From: a virus | Taxonomy: Duplodnaviria > Caudoviricetes | Direction: 5' to 3' (one strand) | Virus record (IMG/VR): IMGVR_UViG_3300049982_000091 | Location: 1-43,039 of that record | DNA: 43,039 nt | Part shown: in pieces, positions 1-9,839 of the stretch | Position numbering within the stretch: the stretch's first letter is position 1 | Layout: the number at the start of each line of letters is the position of its first letter | The notes under the pieces: model-generated | Told to the model about the DNA's origin: nothing | The model's database searches: none | What the model saw: only the letters and a program-made list of their open reading frames with translations | Made by a program: the position numbers and the translations under genes

Positions 1-157
1 CTTCTTCAGCGCCTCGATGTCGGGCGCCGACGCCTTGACCGCCTCGGCGAGCTGCTGAAGGACCAGGCCCTGGGCGGTCAGCATCGCGCGAAGCTGGTCG
101 ACGCCTTCGTGGGCCGCTCGCGCGTGGCCGTAGCCCGAGCCGAGGGCCGTGTTGACT
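1..157. repeat. Terminal direct repeat (circular overlap), copy 1
   Basis: 1-157 matches 42883-43039 except C31 vs A42913; the endolysin frame runs continuously across the join. Confidence 0.95.
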
Positions 158-717
158 GCGACCTTCCCGTCCGTGATGGTCTTGTCGTCCTTCCAGTGCT
201 TGACCATCCAGTCGCCGATTTTGAGCTGGTCGTTGGGCTGCATATCGTCTGCCTCCGAGGTTGATCCGTACTTCAGATTTACGTATCCGCTGATCACGGA
301 CAGGGAATAGGTCTTCGGCTCGACGGCGTCATCGCTGCCGTCATAAACGGTGTTGCCCGAGAACAGGTCGAAGGTGGTCGACCCGACGCGCGTCACGAAA
401 CCGATGTGCTCGAAGCCACCGATCGCCGCAATGGCGCCGACCTTCACACCGGAATGGCCCGCGCGGTATCCGGGGATGTTGCGGATGTACGGTACGTACG
501 CCTTTTTGCCGGCGATCAGGGCGAGGCCCTCGGCTTGCGTTTTCGCCGCGTGGGCGAGGACCCACGAAATGAAGATGAAGCAGAACGCCGCCGACGTGTG
601 ATTGCCGTAAAACCAGATGGTGTAATCGTTGACGTTCTCGCCCAGGCGGCCCTTCGCCCACTTCGCGCGCTGGGCCTTCGCGAGCGTGTAGACCTGGGCC
701 CAGGTCGGCGCCGCCAT
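1..717 (-). CDS. Endolysin with CHAP-type domain, 5' part (continues across the junction to 42817)
   Basis: Translated by hand (absent from the ORF track): MAAPTWAQVY...NDYTIWFYG..AAFCFIFISWV...FEHIGFV...SGNT. These are the Cys/His/GN motifs of CHAP peptidases. Lies upstream of the holin-like gene. Confidence 0.8.
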   Translation of the reverse strand, partial: MAAPTWAQVYTLAKAQRAKWAKGRLGENVNDYTIWFYGNHTSAAFCFIFISWVLAHAAKTQAEGLALIAGKKAYVPYIRNIPGYRAGHSGVKVGAIAAIGGFEHIGFVTRVGSTTFDLFSGNTVYDGSDDAVEPKTYSLSVISGYVNLKYGSTSEADDMQPNDQLKIGDWMVKHWKDDKTITDGKVAVNTALGSGYGHARAAHEGVDQLRAMLTAQGLVLQQLAEAVKASAPDIEALKK

Positions 718-890
718 CAGGCCGCGTCCGGGGTGTCGTTGTCGGGCTCGGTCGCCGGGACGTCCTCGGGCAGCTCGGCCGGCGCGCCGCCCAGATGCTT
801 GTCGGTCGCGCCGCCGCCGGCCGGCGGCTGGGGAATCGGCTCGTCCGGGTCCGGGGCGATGAAGTCGGCCGGGGGATTCGGTTCGGTCAT
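717..890 (-). CDS. Small acidic Pro-rich protein (57 aa)
   Basis: MTEPNPPADFIAPDPDEPIPQPP...DTPDAA; AGAGGA RBS; TGATG overlap with the endolysin start. Confidence 0.6.
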   Translation of the reverse strand: MTEPNPPADFIAPDPDEPIPQPPAGGGATDKHLGGAPAELPEDVPATEPDNDTPDAA

Positions 891-971
891 CTGTCCTCTT
901 CCATGCGGAAGCCCCCGGCCGGTCGGGCCGAGGGCTTGGCGGATCTGGTCGGGGGGTTGGCTAAGGGCGCG

Positions 972-1397
972 TCACCGTGCGAGGCGTACGCACGCGCGCA
1001 GCTCGGCGGCCGAGAGGCCGAGCAGGCAGGGCGAGGCGGTGGTGGTGGGCGGCGCCGAGGGGCGAGGCCCGGACGGCGTCCCAGGGCCAGGGCGCGGCGC
1101 GGCGGCCGCGGGCTCGCGGGCCGAGGTGACGGCGTACCCGCCGCCGCCCTGCTCGGGCTGCCCGGTAACACCGCCAGCAGGCGAGCCGGTGGTCTTACCG
1201 GGGGGATGCTTCGGCGGCCGAGGCGTCGCGGCCGGTGGTTCGGTGACAACCCGCGTTGTCGTCGGCCTCGGCCGCGCCGCCGCGGCTCGGCCGGCCTGGT
1301 CGCTGCGTAGCCCCGAGGCGGCGAGCCATGACGCCGCGACCAGGCCGGCCGAGCCGAGCAACGCCCCGGCGTCGAGGACGATCGCCTTACGGTTCAA
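972..1397 (-). CDS. Membrane-anchored Pro/Thr-rich protein of the lysis region
   Basis: TTG start overlapping the upstream stop (TTGA); N-terminal hydrophobic helix then Pro-rich linker; two C-terminal Cys. Confidence 0.55.
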   Translation of the reverse strand: MNRKAIVLDAGALLGSAGLVAASWLAASGLRSDQAGRAAAARPRPTTTRVVTEPPAATPRPPKHPPGKTTGSPAGGVTGQPEQGGGGYAVTSAREPAAAAPRPGPGTPSGPRPSAPPTTTASPCLLGLSAAELRACVRLAR

Positions 1398-1729
1398 TGT
1401 CCAGTCCCTCTCGTGAGAGCGTTGATGACCTCGATACCGATCGCTGAGGCGATGGCCCCAACGGCGGCCAGCAGGGCCGCACGGACGCCGCGGGCCTTCG
1501 CCGTGACGTCCTCCTCGATCCGCTTGATGCGCGCGTCTCGGGCTTCCTCGCGAGCGTCTCGGGCCTTCTCGCGGGCGTCGTACACCTGGGCCAGGACGTA
1601 GCGGTCGAGGATGGCCGAGGCGGTCACGAACTGCGCTTCCAGCCGAGCGATATCGGCGGTGGTCTCGCTGTGGTTGCGGTCGATCCGCTCGACCAGCCAC
1701 CGCAAGTCAGCGGGCGAATCGTCGGCCAC
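1394..1729 (-). CDS. Coiled-coil protein with C-terminal TM helix (lysis-associated membrane protein)
   Basis: GTG after GAGGGGGG; charged helix then LLAAVGAIASAIGIEVI; typical position between tail and lysin genes. Confidence 0.65.
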   Translation of the reverse strand: MADDSPADLRWLVERIDRNHSETTADIARLEAQFVTASAILDRYVLAQVYDAREKARDAREEARDARIKRIEEDVTAKARGVRAALLAAVGAIASAIGIEVINALTRGTGH

Positions 1730-1758
1730 GCTGGCCCCCCTCATGTGGTCCGGCGCGC

Positions 1759-2244
1759 CTAAGCCCACCGGTGCACGATCAGCAGCCCATACGGCTGATC
1801 GACCGTGAGCTTGTCTCCGGGCTGCCAGGCGGTGGAGTGCGCGTCGGCCTGGTAGGCAATCGTCATTCGGTGTCCGGCTGGCCAGTTCGCGGGGACCTGA
1901 TAGGTCGCGGTGGTGGCCAGCGGCAGGTGATGCCGATCTTTCGTCACGTTGTCACCGTCGACCGGGCTGATCAGCGTCCACGGCTGGGCGTGCGGCCAGG
2001 CCACGCCGTCATCGACATCGAACATCCACAGATGCCAACCGACGCCGATGGTGTATCCGCAATCGTTGGTGACTCGCGCCCGTGCGCTGACCTCGAAGAT
2101 TTCGCCCGGAACGGTGGGGTCCATCACCAGGCGCATCAGCATGACCGGCGTGTTGGTGGACAGATCCACCGGGATCGAGGACGCCACAACCTCATCGGTC
2201 GACGTCATCGAAACCAGCGTCCGATTGCCGGTGCTAAGAATCAC
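1759..2244 (-). CDS. Hypothetical beta-rich protein, probably tail/fibre associated
   Basis: AGGAG RBS; directly follows the fibre gene. Confidence 0.6.
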   Translation of the reverse strand: MILSTGNRTLVSMTSTDEVVASSIPVDLSTNTPVMLMRLVMDPTVPGEIFEVSARARVTNDCGYTIGVGWHLWMFDVDDGVAWPHAQPWTLISPVDGDNVTKDRHHLPLATTATYQVPANWPAGHRMTIAYQADAHSTAWQPGDKLTVDQPYGLLIVHRWA

Positions 2245-2257
2245 GGGGAATCTCCTG

Positions 2258-4321
2258 TTATGCGGTCTGGTAGGTGAGGGACATCGTGAGTACGTGGCCG
2301 CTGGCCAGGGCGGCGGGAGTGTCGTTTTTCATGTTCGCGCCGGTGGTCGCGGTGCCGCTCGCCGGGAACGTTGCGTTTATGAGCGCGGAGTTGGCGCCGA
2401 GGGTGACCTGTCCGATCCACACCGAACCGGCGGTAAGCCGCGCTACGCCGAGGTATCCGACGCCGGCGTTAGCCGAGGTGAACGGCAGGCTGAATAGGTA
2501 GGTGCCGCTACCAACGTTGGTCGAACTTCCAACGGTCAAGGTGATCGACACATGCACCGTTTTGCCGATCCGCATATACCGACCGATCAGGGTCCCGTTG
2601 CCAAGCGCCGGATTCGTTGTCGACGCCGTCCATGCGGGGGTGTAGGACGGCCAGGCCGCAGTGATGTCGGTTCCGCTGATCCCCACGCCAGCCGGGTAGC
2701 TGTTGCCGTACGGGTCGACGCCGGCCACCGATGCGATGGAACACGCCAACGCCCGGCCGGTCGAGTAGCTGACACGGACCTGGCCGCGCGCACCGTTCCC
2801 GCCCTTGCCTGCGCTCGACCCGCCGCCGCCACCGCCGCCGCCACCGCCCCAGACGTTGCCGCCCTGGCCGATGGTGTTCGAGCTGCCGCCGTCGCCGCCG
2901 GACCCGGACGAGTTGGTCACGCCGGCGCCGCCGGCGCCACCGGATGAAGACGAAACCGAGTTGCCGTTGTTGCCGTTCGTGGCGAGGCCGGCCGAAGCGC
3001 CACCGCCGCCGCCGCCCGAGCCGGTGGCGGACCCGCCGTTGCCACCGGAGAACTTGACGTCGCCGGTCGAGGTGGCCGCCGCGCCGCCGGTGCCGATGTG
3101 GGCCGAAGTCGCGGCGACGCCGCCCTTCGCCACGCACGCGGTGGCGTTGAACGATGTCGACCCGCCGTTGGCGCCCAGGTTGTTGGCCGCCCCACCGGAC
3201 CCGCCGCCGCCGACTACGTACGGCAGGACGGCGCCCGGTGTGACCGCGAGGGCGTTCACCTTCGCGTAGGCGCCGCCGCCGCCGCCGTACCCGCCCGAGT
3301 TGGACCCGCCGGCGAGACTGCCGCCGGCGGCGCCACCGCCACCGCCCCAACACTCGACGGTCAGCGCGGTGACGCCGGCGGGAACGGTGAAGCTCCCCGA
3401 GCTGGTGAAGTTGAGCGTGCTCGACGTCGAGACGTACACCAGCAGCGTGCCGCCATTGGCGTCGAAGGTGACGTCCGCGTTCTCGATCGTGCCGCCCCGA
3501 AAGTCAGAGTTGACGACCTGCGAGCCACCGACCGAGCCGGCCGAGATGGCGCCCGCCGTGATGGTCGAGGCGTTGATGATGGCGCCGTCGATCTCGCCAG
3601 CAAAGACATTCAGGCCCTGCGTGTAGGTATTGCCGAAGGCGTCGGCGCCCGAGTCCGAGGAGATCGACACGATCAGGTTCCCCGCGGCCGGCGGCCCGTC
3701 GTAGATGTAGACGCCGCCCGTCGAGCTGTCCGTGATGATGGTCGCGCCGGTGATGATCTTGCCGTCGATCGCGTCGGCCGAGAGCGTCTCGGCGGTCAGG
3801 CCACCGGCGGCGACCTGCGCGGCGGTCAGGGTGTTGGCGGCCACCTGCGAGGCGGTCACGGCGCCCGCCTGGATCGCGTCGGTACCGACCGGCAGGGCCG
3901 CCCAGGCCGCACCGTCGTAGCGCTTCAGGACGTTGCCCGAGCTGGTGTCGATCCACAGGTCACCCTCGATCGGGCCCGTGGGCTCAGTGGGCGAGGTGGT
4001 GGTGGTGACGCCGGACAGGTCCCGCGCGGTGAAGGTCACCTTCGAGGGCCCGATGGTGTTGTCCCGGACCACCTCGCCGTTAAGGTCGCCCACCTCGGCG
4101 CCGAGGCCGGCCGGGACGGTGTTTCCGTCGTCGTCGGTGTCGTCGGCCGAGGACAGAGAGGCGATCACGGCGCCGGTGTCGCCGTCCAGGACGGTCAGCT
4201 TCCCGAAGGACACGGACGTGTTCCCCGCGCGGGTGGCGGTCTCCAGGGCGGCCACACGCTTGGCCAGCTCGGCGATGTGGCGGAACAGCGACCGCTCATC
4301 CTTGGGCATGTTCTGGGCCAT
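2258..4321 (-). CDS. Tail fibre / receptor-binding minor tail protein with Gly-rich domain
   Basis: GDLWIDTS motif, small-residue beta-solenoid repeats, ECWGGGGG Gly-rich domain, C-terminal YTPAWTA..GRYMRIGKTV head domain. Confidence 0.8.
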   Translation of the reverse strand: MAQNMPKDERSLFRHIAELAKRVAALETATRAGNTSVSFGKLTVLDGDTGAVIASLSSADDTDDDGNTVPAGLGAEVGDLNGEVVRDNTIGPSKVTFTARDLSGVTTTTSPTEPTGPIEGDLWIDTSSGNVLKRYDGAAWAALPVGTDAIQAGAVTASQVAANTLTAAQVAAGGLTAETLSADAIDGKIITGATIITDSSTGGVYIYDGPPAAGNLIVSISSDSGADAFGNTYTQGLNVFAGEIDGAIINASTITAGAISAGSVGGSQVVNSDFRGGTIENADVTFDANGGTLLVYVSTSSTLNFTSSGSFTVPAGVTALTVECWGGGGGAAGGSLAGGSNSGGYGGGGGAYAKVNALAVTPGAVLPYVVGGGGSGGAANNLGANGGSTSFNATACVAKGGVAATSAHIGTGGAAATSTGDVKFSGGNGGSATGSGGGGGGASAGLATNGNNGNSVSSSSGGAGGAGVTNSSGSGGDGGSSNTIGQGGNVWGGGGGGGGGGSSAGKGGNGARGQVRVSYSTGRALACSIASVAGVDPYGNSYPAGVGISGTDITAAWPSYTPAWTASTTNPALGNGTLIGRYMRIGKTVHVSITLTVGSSTNVGSGTYLFSLPFTSANAGVGYLGVARLTAGSVWIGQVTLGANSALINATFPASGTATTGANMKNDTPAALASGHVLTMSLTYQTA

Positions 4322-5487
4322 TAGGCGGCGTCTCCTGGTGTGCGTGGCGCCTCGACGGCGATCACGGTTTTCTCGGGCGGTCCGGGTGCCGTCGTGATCT
4401 CGATGGCCCGCATGAACGTCTCGAAGGGCTTCAGGTCCGACCCGGCGAAGCGGGCCGGGTCGCTGATCCGGACCTTGACGTAATCGCCGGGCGAGACGTC
4501 GGGGCGGCCCTCGACGGTCAGCGTGGGAACGATGACGTCACCGGTCAGGGCTTTGGCGTCGGCGGTCGCATGGGCGGCCAGCGTGGCCTTCACCGACACG
4601 GACTTGTAGGAGGTGGTCCGCTCCAGCAGCGGGTAGCCGCCGAGCAGCTCGGCGGCCACGTACGACTCGCCCCACACCATCGCCTTCTCTTCGCCGGCGC
4701 CGATCGCGGCGACGTAGTTCGGCGAGGTGGTCCCGTCCTCGGGCCACTCGTAGTCGACCACCGCGCCGGGGTACTCCAGGACCACGGCGTCGTCGTTGGG
4801 CGGGTGGCCGAGGTAGGGATAGCCGAGCCGCAACGCGCGGTGAAGGCTTCGGTTCGCGTCCAGAAACGAGTCGATCCGCCACTCGAAACCGCCGTCCACG
4901 TTGGCGAGGTTGTCGAGCAGCTCGCCATACGCGGCGAAGTCGTACCCGTGGTACGCGCCGGCCGCGGTCTTCGTGTCCTTACGGTCGCGCTTGACGCCGG
5001 ACATCTGCGTGGCGTTCATCTCGATGCCCAGGTCACCGACCGGCAGGCCGTTGTAGGTGACCGCCTGGCAGTCGGCCAGGATCGCGCGGAAGATGGCGAG
5101 CTGGTCCACCTGGTCGAAGGACAGGGTCTTCGTGTGGCCGACGCCGAGGGTGGGCCGAAGTAGGCGGTGGTCGAGGTAGGACCGAAGCTCGCTCGCGCTG
5201 ATGTTCAGGCGGCCCTCGGTGGGCTTGTACGGCGGGCGCTGCCAGATCAGGTACTCGCCCACGACCGACTCGTCACGGAGGATCACGACGGTCGTACGGC
5301 GCGGCCTGGTCTTGTCCCACGGCTCGAAGGCCCAGATCTTCGGGTCCCGGACGTTGAGTGTCGGCGACGTCGAGCCAGCTTCGACCAGCGACCGCGAGTA
5401 GTCCGGGACGTTGAACGGCAGATGTTCGGTCAACACGCTGCGCGTCAGCAGGTCATAGAGCGCGAAGCGGTACGCGGGCTCGGCCAC
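4321..5487 (-). CDS. Minor tail / baseplate hub protein
   Basis: GTG just after the upstream stop; YGELLDNLANVDGGFEW and PGDYVKV motifs resemble siphovirus hub proteins; synteny. Confidence 0.75.
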   Translation of the reverse strand: MAEPAYRFALYDLLTRSVLTEHLPFNVPDYSRSLVEAGSTSPTLNVRDPKIWAFEPWDKTRPRRTTVVILRDESVVGEYLIWQRPPYKPTEGRLNISASELRSYLDHRLLRPTLGVGHTKTLSFDQVDQLAIFRAILADCQAVTYNGLPVGDLGIEMNATQMSGVKRDRKDTKTAAGAYHGYDFAAYGELLDNLANVDGGFEWRIDSFLDANRSLHRALRLGYPYLGHPPNDDAVVLEYPGAVVDYEWPEDGTTSPNYVAAIGAGEEKAMVWGESYVAAELLGGYPLLERTTSYKSVSVKATLAAHATADAKALTGDVIVPTLTVEGRPDVSPGDYVKVRISDPARFAGSDLKPFETFMRAIEITTAPGPPEKTVIAVEAPRTPGDAA

Positions 5488-5488
5488 G

Positions 5489-6409
5489 TCACGCAACCGG
5501 GGTGACGTCAAGCTGGCCGCTGCTGATGGTCGCCGTGCTGCCGCTGCCCGAGGAGATGCGCCATTGCGGCGTCACGGTGACCGTTCCGCCAGGCGTCAGG
5601 CCGGTGGCGGTGAACTGGCGCGACATCGACATGTTGTCCGTGCCGCTGGCCAGGACACACTTCGAGTCGAGCGGGTCGGCGCTGATGGTGTTGGCGCCCG
5701 AGATGCGGAACGCCACGCGGATAGTCGACGTGCCGCTGGCCGAGTTGGACAGGTTTCCGACGCCGACCACCACGCGCAGCATTCCCGAGGACGGGACTTT
5801 CAGCGTGGCCGCCGGCCACTGGGCCGAGGTGAAGTCGACCCACTGGTTATCGGTGCCGAAGCTCGGCTTCGTCACGAAGTTGGTGATCACCGGTCGAGGC
5901 GAGATCGTCGCCGAGGGCGCCACGAAGGTGACGTCCTGGGGGCGAACCTTGCCGTTCACCTCGGCGTTCGCCTGGACGAAGACGTTGCCGATCCGTAGCG
6001 TCCGGGCGGCGAGCTGGTCGGACGGCGGCAGCGCTGGCGCCACCGGCGAGGCGAGCGGCGTACCGGGCAGGACACGGAAGCGTCGGAGCAGGGTCGCAGG
6101 GTCGCCGGTGTCGAGGACCTCAGCGATGACCGAGTCCAGGCGCGGCAGTGTCGCCGAGCTGGCGCCGATGTCCAGAGTGACGTCTGCGGGCAGCGACAGA
6201 GGGACCAGGCCGCCGCCGCCGTCGTCCACCACACACACCCCGGCCGGCAGCTTCACCACCATGTCGGGCGTTGCAAGCGCCTGGACGTTCAGGCCGCGGA
6301 CCACGCCGGCCGCGGGGAACACCGCGCCGGACAGCTCGCGCCGAAGGTCGGCGGCGGCGATGTCCTCGCCGTCGAGCAGCGTCGGGCTTGCGTCAACGAT
6401 GCTGGCCAC
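5489..6409 (-). CDS. Minor tail protein
   Basis: GLNVQA...LPRLDSVIA...VLPGTP..PVAPALP pattern of actinophage minor tails; follows Dit. Confidence 0.75.
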   Translation of the reverse strand: MASIVDASPTLLDGEDIAAADLRRELSGAVFPAAGVVRGLNVQALATPDMVVKLPAGVCVVDDGGGGLVPLSLPADVTLDIGASSATLPRLDSVIAEVLDTGDPATLLRRFRVLPGTPLASPVAPALPPSDQLAARTLRIGNVFVQANAEVNGKVRPQDVTFVAPSATISPRPVITNFVTKPSFGTDNQWVDFTSAQWPAATLKVPSSGMLRVVVGVGNLSNSASGTSTIRVAFRISGANTISADPLDSKCVLASGTDNMSMSRQFTATGLTPGGTVTVTPQWRISSGSGSTATISSGQLDVTPVA

Positions 6410-6421
6410 GTGGGCGTCTCC

Positions 6422-7306
6422 TTAGATCCATGCGCTACGCCAGGTCATGGTCAGCAGCGGAGTCAGGTCGGCGACCGTGCGGGCGCCGAGCATCTGAAGG
6501 CGGTTCGGGCCACGCGGCAGCAGGAAGCGCGCGACGACGGTCGAGCCTGGCGAGGGCGCCCGGTAGGCAGTGCCGTTGATGGCCGCCGTGCCCACGGCGG
6601 TATCGATGACCAGCTCATCGCCGGTGAGCAGCTCGAAGGGGTAGACCAGCGCCTGGCCCGTGGTCAGGTTCGCCACGCCAAGGTTGCGGCCAGGCCCGGC
6701 GATCCTGATCAACGGCGGCGTCTCGTACTCGCCGGCGTTGTCCGCGGTGAAGAACTCGCCGCCGACGTCGCGGGCCGGCAGGACCAGCGGCAGCGACGTG
6801 GGCAGCAGGACGCCGCCGCCGACCTCGCCGAGCGTCGCCTGGACGGTCTGAAGGTCGACCTGATACTTCCGAGGGTCCGTCGCCAGCAGGGCCACGCTGT
6901 ACTCGGCCACGACGTCGGTCAGCTTGTTGGTCATCAGGCGACCGGACCGCCGCGCGCTGATCTGCTTCGGCGTCGACTCCTGGACCGTGAGCGTCACCAT
7001 GCGGCCCCGAATCGGGACCGCGCCGGCGAGTCGGTCCATGGCGGCGTCGAGCGCGGCGGCGTCCGGTGCCTTCATGTGGCCGTCGATCGTGACGATCCGG
7101 CCGCCGGCGTAATTCAGCGCGTCCCACATGCCATCGCTGCCGGTCCGGTTCTCGGCGGTTTCGGCGACGTCCGGCGAGTCCCAACCGGGCAGGCCGGTGT
7201 ATCGCCACTCGACGCCGAGGTCATCGGTGGCGCCGAACGGGATCACGGCGCCACTGCCGGTCGCGTCGTCCAGGACCGCGAGCTGGTCCGTAAACGTGCT
7301 GGTCAC
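6422..7306 (-). CDS. Distal tail protein (Dit-like)
   Basis: Follows the tape measure gene; GWDSP, ATDPRKY, NAGEYETPP, GPNRL and C-terminal WRSAW motifs. Confidence 0.8.
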   Translation of the reverse strand: MTSTFTDQLAVLDDATGSGAVIPFGATDDLGVEWRYTGLPGWDSPDVAETAENRTGSDGMWDALNYAGGRIVTIDGHMKAPDAAALDAAMDRLAGAVPIRGRMVTLTVQESTPKQISARRSGRLMTNKLTDVVAEYSVALLATDPRKYQVDLQTVQATLGEVGGGVLLPTSLPLVLPARDVGGEFFTADNAGEYETPPLIRIAGPGRNLGVANLTTGQALVYPFELLTGDELVIDTAVGTAAINGTAYRAPSPGSTVVARFLLPRGPNRLQMLGARTVADLTPLLTMTWRSAWI

Positions 7307-7307
7307 G

Positions 7308-9839
7308 TCATCCCCTCAGCATCCAAGCCATTTCGCGGGCCGACTCTCGGGCCACGACGTGCGGGTCCTGGGCCTGGAAGTAGTTGGTCTGACTGATCTG
7401 CGAGGGCCTCGACCCACCAGACGCGCCCGACAGAGTCGAGGCCACCGCGACCGGCGACCGCCCCCGGCCGTAGTTGATGAGATCGAGCAGCGGCCGAAAC
7501 TCCGCCGTCCGATCGGCCCGGACCACGTACTCGCCGTTAGACACGGCGGTCAGGATCGAGTCGGACGTCCCGGTGCCAGGGCCGACGACAAGGCCGCTCG
7601 GGCCGCCGCCGGCGAGGCGCTGCACTGGGCCGCCGGCGGCCCTGTGGACGATGCCCCCCTTGGCTTTCACATTGAAATTCGACCGCTTATTGACGTACGC
7701 CTGGACCGCCGAAAGATGCATCTGGGCGTAAATGTCAATGTGTCGAGTCCCGACCGAAGACGGCAGGCTATGGACCGCCGACCAGAACGGCGCGGTGTTG
7801 CCCGTGATCTTTCCGGTCTTCGTGTTGATCTTCAAGTGGTTGGCCGCCAACCACTTGTTGTAGTAGTCGGCGTTATCGCCTCTGAATTTGCCGGTCTTCG
7901 GGTCGATCTTCAAGCCCTTGGCCGTCAACCACTTGTTGAAGTAGTCGCTGTTATTGCCCTTCAGCAGGCCCGTCTTTGGGTCGAGCTTTAGGCCCTGGGC
8001 CTTGTGAAGCTTCACCATGAAGTCGGCGTCATTCATCGACAACTTGATGGGCGGCGGTGGCTTGATACCGAGCAGCTTGTTAGCCAGGTCGTTAGCCGCG
8101 CTGGCCGAATAGTGCATCTTCTCGGCCATCGAAACAATGCGCTGGCGGGCCTGCTCCAGGAACGGCGCCGGGTCCTTACCGGACGCCTTCATCGCCTCGG
8201 CGGCGGCCTGGGCGCTGATCGCGAGTTTGTCCAAGGCCGCCTCATTCTCGGCGCCCTTCTGCGTGGCGAAACCGTGCGCGTGGCCGTTGTCCTTCAGCGC
8301 CTGATTCATCGCCGTAATGGCCTGGCGGTATCCCACCAACGCCTCGCGCTCGGAAAGCGTCTTACCGGTCAGGGCGTCGAGTGCGGCCTTGAGCTGGTCG
8401 GCACTGAGGGCCGCGGCCTGCTCGGCGGTCATGAGCTGGCCCGCCTTCGCGCCCGCAACGGTGGCGCCCTGGGCGAAGGTCTCGAAGCTGCCGCCGCCGA
8501 TCTTCAGGCTGTGATCGGTCTTGACCAGGCCGAAGGTCAGCTTCGAGAGGCCGGTGTGGAGCGCATCGACGGACATCCCGCCCTTGGCCATAATCCCGAA
8601 GACTGGGGACAGGTACGGGCCTGCCTTCACCGCCCAGTCGAGCAGATGGGCGGCCACCGGCAGCATCCCGGCGATGGCCGAAGTGACGTTCGCGAATTCG
8701 TCGGCGTTCTCGCCGGCGGACTTCGAGACGATGTCGATCGCGTGGCCGAGGCTGCGCGAGATCTCGGGCAGCTTCCCGCCCAGGGCCTCGATCAGCTTGT
8801 CCGCGGCGTCGGTGGCGTGGCCGAGGCTCGGCCCGAGCAGCGTCGCCGCGTACCCGGCCGAATGGACGAAGTTGGTCACGACGGGGGCGATCTTGGCGAA
8901 GTCGCGGCCGATCTCGGGCGCCAGCGCGTCGAAGGTCTTCGTTCCCTCTTGGGCGATGGCGAGCCATGTCTGTTTGAACGGCGCCGCTAGTTGCTTGGTC
9001 TCGCTCTTGACGTGCGACGTCATCTTGCCGAGGGCGGCCTGGACGTCGGCGTCGCTCTTGGTGGCCATCAGGCCGAGGCCGGCCAGGGCGCCGCCGATAC
9101 CGCCGGCGATGGCCACCTCGGCGCCGAGCGCGGCGAACGGAATCGCGCTGATGACAGCCCCGACCATCAAGGCCGTTCCGACGCTGGTGTTACCGAGCGC
9201 GGCGAACGCCTTACTCCCGGTCGTTTCCATCTCATTAAAGGCGGCGCCGCCGGCGCTTCCCAGCTCGCCGAAGCGGGCTTTGACGTCCTTCAGCAGGCGG
9301 TTATGTTCCCTGGCCATACCGTTGGACTTCAGCCAGCCCAGATGTTCCTTCGCCGCCGCCAGCTCGGCCTCGCGGGCGGCCTTCTTCGCGTCCTCGGCGT
9401 TCTTCCGCTCGGCGTCGGCGGCCTTCCTCGCCGCCTCGGCCTGGAATAGCTGCGCCTCGGCCGCCTTGATCGCCGCGCGCTCGACCGCTTCGTCTGCTCG
9501 CGCGGCGAGCTTGTCGGCGCGTTCTTTGTCGAAGGAACCCTTCGCCGCGGCCTCGGCCGCCGCGGCGGCCCGCACCTGGGCGCGCTCGGCCTGCTCGGCG
9601 GCGCGGGCCACTTCCAGGCCCATCTTCCGGGCCGACAGAGCGGCCTTGTCCTCGGCCTTCGCATACTCGCGTACGGCGAGGGCCGAGGCGGCGGCCACCT
9701 TTTCCTCGGCGGCCTGCTGGCGCTCCAGCTTCGCCAGCTCGCGGTCGAGGACGCGGGCTTCCGCGGTCGACTTCGCCAGCGCGGCGTCAAGGCCGGCGTC
9801 GTCGCCATCGATCGACACCTTCAGATCACGGTTCGGCAT
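7308..9839 (-). CDS. Tape measure protein
   Basis: 843 aa Ala-rich helical protein; C-terminal AGG..GPGTGTSDSI...SNGEYVVRA motif. Confidence 0.9.
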   Translation of the reverse strand: MPNRDLKVSIDGDDAGLDAALAKSTAEARVLDRELAKLERQQAAEEKVAAASALAVREYAKAEDKAALSARKMGLEVARAAEQAERAQVRAAAAAEAAAKGSFDKERADKLAARADEAVERAAIKAAEAQLFQAEAARKAADAERKNAEDAKKAAREAELAAAKEHLGWLKSNGMAREHNRLLKDVKARFGELGSAGGAAFNEMETTGSKAFAALGNTSVGTALMVGAVISAIPFAALGAEVAIAGGIGGALAGLGLMATKSDADVQAALGKMTSHVKSETKQLAAPFKQTWLAIAQEGTKTFDALAPEIGRDFAKIAPVVTNFVHSAGYAATLLGPSLGHATDAADKLIEALGGKLPEISRSLGHAIDIVSKSAGENADEFANVTSAIAGMLPVAAHLLDWAVKAGPYLSPVFGIMAKGGMSVDALHTGLSKLTFGLVKTDHSLKIGGGSFETFAQGATVAGAKAGQLMTAEQAAALSADQLKAALDALTGKTLSEREALVGYRQAITAMNQALKDNGHAHGFATQKGAENEAALDKLAISAQAAAEAMKASGKDPAPFLEQARQRIVSMAEKMHYSASAANDLANKLLGIKPPPPIKLSMNDADFMVKLHKAQGLKLDPKTGLLKGNNSDYFNKWLTAKGLKIDPKTGKFRGDNADYYNKWLAANHLKINTKTGKITGNTAPFWSAVHSLPSSVGTRHIDIYAQMHLSAVQAYVNKRSNFNVKAKGGIVHRAAGGPVQRLAGGGPSGLVVGPGTGTSDSILTAVSNGEYVVRADRTAEFRPLLDLINYGRGRSPVAVASTLSGASGGSRPSQISQTNYFQAQDPHVVARESAREMAWMLRG

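Noticed and set aside
1-157. attL/attR pair or true terminal repeats
   Set aside because: The repeat lies mid-endolysin at the exact contig ends with no flanking host DNA.
2258-4321. Diversity-generating retroelement target
   Set aside because: No reverse transcriptase and no template/variable repeat pair seen.
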